In this document: positions 47,634 to 50,816 of the stretch, piece after piece
Layout: each line of letters starts with the position of its first letter
How positions within the stretch are numbered: the stretch's first letter is position 1
Source: Spirosoma fluviale
Lineage (GTDB): Bacteria; Bacteroidota; Bacteroidia; Cytophagales; Cyclobacteriaceae
Length of the DNA stretch: 50,816 nucleotides
Reading direction: 5' to 3'
Assembly (NCBI GenBank): GCA_945872775.1
Contig: CAMCBC010000001.1
Span: 1 to 50,816, forward strand
The notes under the pieces: model-generated
What the model was told of the DNA's origin: nothing
Seen by the model: only the letters and a program-made list of their open reading frames with translations
Database searches by the model: none
Position numbers and translations under genes: made by a program

Positions 47634-48689
47634 TCAAATCTCTCGATCAGTCAAATAGCGAACGATCAATTTGGGCTTAGGTAAAGCGTCAATTTGCTGT
47701 TGATCTACCAAGTCAAATCCTTCTTTTTGGCACCAATGAACCAATTCAGCACGTTTGCTGGGCGGAAGGTCGATTTCCCAAAAGCTTCCTAATATCCGTT
47801 GATGCGACAGTAGATGTCGGTATTTTTTAGGAAATAAGACAGCTTCTTGGCTCAAATTTTCCTGCCATGGGAAGGTTTCTTGGTCGAGGAGTGGAAAATC
47901 ATACAAGCCCGTCCAAATATCTCCTTCCCCTCTTTTATTACAAACTACCTGTCCTGCACAGCGAATCACCAGGTAGTTGAGGGTGCGTTCCTTGACCTTA
48001 GTTTTATTGATTTTTACGGGCAAGGAACCCACGAGGCCTTTTTGAAAGGCAAAGCAGGTATTGGAAACTGGGCATTCTTCACAGGAGGGATTTTTGGGCA
48101 CACAGCAACGTGAGCCAAAATCCATCATGGCCTGGTTGAATTCCCCTGGGTTTTTTTTAGGAATCAGCTGGTTGGCGAGCGCTTCAAATTCTTTTTTTCC
48201 TTTGCCACTCGCAATGTCAGTGGCGATTCCAAAGTAGCGGGCTAGCACTCGAAACACATTGCCATCCACCACGGCCTGCACTTCCCCAAAAGCAAAGCTT
48301 GAGATCGCTGCAGCGGTATAGCTGCCCACCCCCTTGAGTTGAATAAGGCTAGCATAGCTGTTGGGAAAATTCCCTCCTAATTCTTGCCAGATGTATTTCG
48401 CGCAAGCGTGAAGGTTGCGGGCTCTGCTGTAGTAGCCCAAGCCCTGCCAGAGACGGAGAACTTCTTCCTCTGGTGCTTCTGCCAGCGCTTGCACAGTAGA
48501 GTAAGCCTTTGAAAATGCTTCGTAATAGGGCAGGCCCTGGGCCACACGAGTTTGCTGAAGAATGATTTCTGAGAGCCAAATTTTGTAGGGATCTTGGGTT
48601 TCGCGCCAAGGTAAATGCCGTGGATTTTCTTGGTACCAAGAAAGTATTGCATTTGAAAAGAATTGATTTTCAGTGACTTTGCTCTTCAT
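47634..48689 (-). CDS. mutY: A/G-specific adenine glycosylase
   Basis: LPWR, SEIILQQT, GLGYYSRARN, VDGNV and the C-x6-C-x2-C-x5-C FeS motif. Confidence 0.97.
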   Translation of the reverse strand: MKSKVTENQFFSNAILSWYQENPRHLPWRETQDPYKIWLSEIILQQTRVAQGLPYYEAFSKAYSTVQALAEAPEEEVLRLWQGLGYYSRARNLHACAKYIWQELGGNFPNSYASLIQLKGVGSYTAAAISSFAFGEVQAVVDGNVFRVLARYFGIATDIASGKGKKEFEALANQLIPKKNPGEFNQAMMDFGSRCCVPKNPSCEECPVSNTCFAFQKGLVGSLPVKINKTKVKERTLNYLVIRCAGQVVCNKRGEGDIWTGLYDFPLLDQETFPWQENLSQEAVLFPKKYRHLLSHQRILGSFWEIDLPPSKRAELVHWCQKEGFDLVDQQQIDALPKPKLIVRYLTDREI

Positions 48690-48760
48690 TTGGGATTCAT
48701 TACGGGACTACAAACCAAGGTATTTTTTTTCAATATCTTTTTTAATTGCGTCGTTTCTTG

Positions 48761-48768
48761 TACATTTG
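48761..48768 (+). promoter_or_regulatory. -7 element of HU operon promoter
   Basis: TACATTTG(CA). Confidence 0.55.
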
Positions 48769-48834
48769 CAGTCCCAAAAATACTTGGTTAATAGGTTGTT
48801 AAGGGTATTTCGAATTTTCTAAATTTTAATCACA

Positions 48835-49143
48835 GTGACTAAAGCAGAAGTAATTACTAAAATTTCCGAGAAGACCGGAATTCAAAAAGACGATGTAACT
48901 CAAGCAGTTGAGGCGTTTTTCAAAGTAGTAAAAGATTCAATGGCAGAAGGAGATAATATCTATGTCAGAGGATTTGGAAGTTTCATCAACAAGAAAAGAG
49001 CAAAGAAGATTGCACGTAACATTTCCAAAAATACCGCGATCGTAATAGACGAGCATTACATTCCTGCATTCAAGCCTTCCAAGGTGTTTGTAGAAAAAAT
49101 AAAAAACAGTAAAAAAATTAAACATATGGCTACTCAGGCCTAA
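48835..49143 (+). CDS. HU/IHF family DNA-binding protein
   Basis: TKAEVI, RGFGSF, ARN and PAFKPS motifs. GTG start. Confidence 0.95.
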   Translation: MTKAEVITKISEKTGIQKDDVTQAVEAFFKVVKDSMAEGDNIYVRGFGSFINKKRAKKIARNISKNTAIVIDEHYIPAFKPSKVFVEKIKNSKKIKHMATQA

Positions 49144-49158
49144 GCCTGAGTTAAAGGC

Positions 49159-49977
49159 ATGAAGAAACTACAGGTTGTTCTCATAGGCATCGGCATCGCT
49201 TCAGTAGCAGGACTTTATCTTCTCCCCAAGGTGGTGGTCGATAATGAGGCTACAGGAGCAAAAATGGAAGAGGGGGCGGAAGCTACCTCAGCCGTTACTG
49301 AATCGCATGAGAATACCCTATCTTCCGAGAATAAAGCCCAAGCTGCGCAGCTAATCAGCAAGTTTCGAACTGCACCTTCGGTGGAGGAGAAAGTAGCGGC
49401 TGCACAAGTACTGGCTGGGATTTACAAGGAAGAGGGAATATTTGACAGTGCCGCCTACTACTGGACAGAGGCAAGTACGCTTTGGCCAGATAATTTATTT
49501 CTTATCGAGGAGGCTGGAAAAGCAAATTACGATGCTTTTTCCTTTGCCTTAGACAAGAATAAAGTAGAAGTGCTGGCAGATAAGACCAGAAGTTTCTTAA
49601 ACAAGGTGTTGGAAAAAGATCCAACCCGTCTCGACTTGAAGTCCAAAATAGCGATGACCTATGTGTCTTCAGCCAATCCCATGCAGGGAATTACGCTCTT
49701 GCGAGAAATCCTCGAAGCGGATCCCAAAAATGAAGACGGCCTATTCAACATGGGTGTGCTCTCCATGCAATCTGGGCAATACGATCGAGCAATTGGTCGA
49801 TTTGAAGAATTGGTCAAAGCACATCCTCAAAACATTCAGGGGCAGTTTTACCTAGGGGTGAGTTATTTCGAGTCAAAAGAAAAAAACAAAGCAAAAGCCC
49901 AGTTTGAGCTAGTCAAGAAAATGACCCAAGATCCCATGATTTTGGAGAGTATTCAAGGCTACTTGGACCAGCTATAA
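49159..49977 (+). CDS. Membrane-anchored tetratricopeptide repeat protein
   Basis: N-terminal TM segment followed by TPR-like helices (FNMG..., FYLGVSY). Confidence 0.85.
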   Translation: MKKLQVVLIGIGIASVAGLYLLPKVVVDNEATGAKMEEGAEATSAVTESHENTLSSENKAQAAQLISKFRTAPSVEEKVAAAQVLAGIYKEEGIFDSAAYYWTEASTLWPDNLFLIEEAGKANYDAFSFALDKNKVEVLADKTRSFLNKVLEKDPTRLDLKSKIAMTYVSSANPMQGITLLREILEADPKNEDGLFNMGVLSMQSGQYDRAIGRFEELVKAHPQNIQGQFYLGVSYFESKEKNKAKAQFELVKKMTQDPMILESIQGYLDQL

Positions 49978-50007
49978 CAAATTACAAACACTTTAAATTG
50001 TACAACT

Positions 50008-50097
50008 ATGCCTTGCGGTAAGAAAAGAAAAAGACATAAGATCGCTACGCACAAGCGTAAGAAGAGACTTAGAAAAAACAGACACAAGAAGAAGTAA
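50008..50097 (+). CDS. 30S ribosomal protein bS22 (AURKAIP1/COX24/mS38-like small basic protein)
   Basis: Translated by hand as MPCGKKRKRHKIATHKRKKRLRKNRHKKK (29 aa), below the ORF-track cutoff. Lies just before RNase E/G. Confidence 0.85.
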   Translation: MPCGKKRKRHKIATHKRKKRLRKNRHKKK

Positions 50098-50157
50098 TTC
50101 CTTCTTTGCGTGCCAATGGAAGTAAAGTACGTTCATTTACACTAGTAAAAAGAAAAT

Positions 50158-50816
50158 TTGAGTACGGAATTGTTAATCGATTCTGCTCAAAATGGAAGTC
50201 GAATAGCCTTATTGCAAGACAAGCAGCTGGTTGAACTTCATTCCGAAGGGATGGACAACCAGTTTAAGGTGGGAGACATTTATTTGGGAACGGTCCGCAA
50301 GATTGTCAATGGACTCAACGCCGCATTTATTGATGTTGGCTACGAGAAAGATGCCTTTCTTCATTACCAAGACCTGGGATCAAATATCAATAGCTTGTTG
50401 AAGTTTACCAAAATGGTACGCAACAACAACTACAGCAACCACCTCTTGAAGGGCTTTGAAAACGAAGCAGAAATAGAAAAAGTCGGCAAAATCGACAAGA
50501 TTCTAGCCAAGACCACTCAGGTTTTGGTGCAAGTTGTCAAAGAACCCATCTCAACAAAAGGCCCTAGACTATCCTGTGAGCTCTCTCTACCTGGACGTTA
50601 CCTCGTGCTTGTACCCTTCTCCGACACAGTCAATGTATCGAAGAAAATACGGAGCAATGAAGAACGTAAAAGGCTGCTCAGACTTATCAATTCAATCAAA
50701 CCTGCCAATTTCGGGGTAATCATCCGAACAGTGGCTGAAGGTCAGTCCGTAACGGAACTTGATAAAGACCTTCGAAGTCTTCTCGCCAATTGGGAAGAGG
50801 GAATGAGCAAATTGCT
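50158..50816 (+). CDS. rng: Rne/Rng family ribonuclease (RNase E/G), 3'-truncated by window edge
   Basis: TTG start. Hand translation gives ...VGDIYLGTVRKIVNGLNAAFIDVGYEKDAFLHY...VQVVKEPISTKGPRL (S1 and RNase E/G motifs). Absent from the ORF track because it has no stop codon in the window. Confidence 0.93.
   Translation, partial: MSTELLIDSAQNGSRIALLQDKQLVELHSEGMDNQFKVGDIYLGTVRKIVNGLNAAFIDVGYEKDAFLHYQDLGSNINSLLKFTKMVRNNNYSNHLLKGFENEAEIEKVGKIDKILAKTTQVLVQVVKEPISTKGPRLSCELSLPGRYLVLVPFSDTVNVSKKIRSNEERKRLLRLINSIKPANFGVIIRTVAEGQSVTELDKDLRSLLANWEEGMSKL

Noticed and set aside
1-50816. tRNA/rRNA genes, riboswitches, transposases, phage or defence genes
   Set aside because: I saw no cloverleaf/T-loop signature, recognisable aptamer or mobile/defence protein motif. 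An Infernal/tRNAscan run would be needed to exclude divergent RNAs.

Overview
Chromosomal core-genome window from a Bacteroidota bacterium, most likely Cytophagales/Cyclobacteriaceae (Algoriphagus-like). This is inferred from TAnnTTTG -7 promoters, absence of Shine-Dalgarno sequences, gldE, the mutY-ssb-gldE / HU-bS22-RNase E/G synteny, CrtD and an OMP beta-barrel receptor. It holds about 49 densely packed CDS, mostly housekeeping (rsmI, suhB, glyA, tatC, rpiB, rbfA, ndk, nrnA, deoC, sodA, tcdA, mtgA, yebC, gltBD, ssb, mutY, HU, rne/rng). I saw no rRNA, tRNA, CRISPR, prophage or transposase. Signals that the ORF track does not explain: (1) a probable replication origin with DnaA boxes, IHF-consensus sites and AT-rich DNA between convergent mtgA and an M28 peptidase, with no dnaA in the window; (2) a 29-aa ribosomal protein bS22 gene missed by the ORF track; (3) a 'hypothetical' membrane protein with both PiT/PHO4 signature pairs, divergent from a Na/Pi cotransporter, with a Pho-box-like repeat between them; (4) a polytopic membrane protein with a GT-C glycosyltransferase-like motif; (5) a structured repeat element between crtD and ndk; (6) a sigma54-like promoter with tandem enhancer-like sites before the outer-membrane receptor; (7) palindromes upstream of gltB. 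All calls come from motif recognition by eye; no database searches were run. I cannot confirm an undescribed system; items 3-5 are the best leads.
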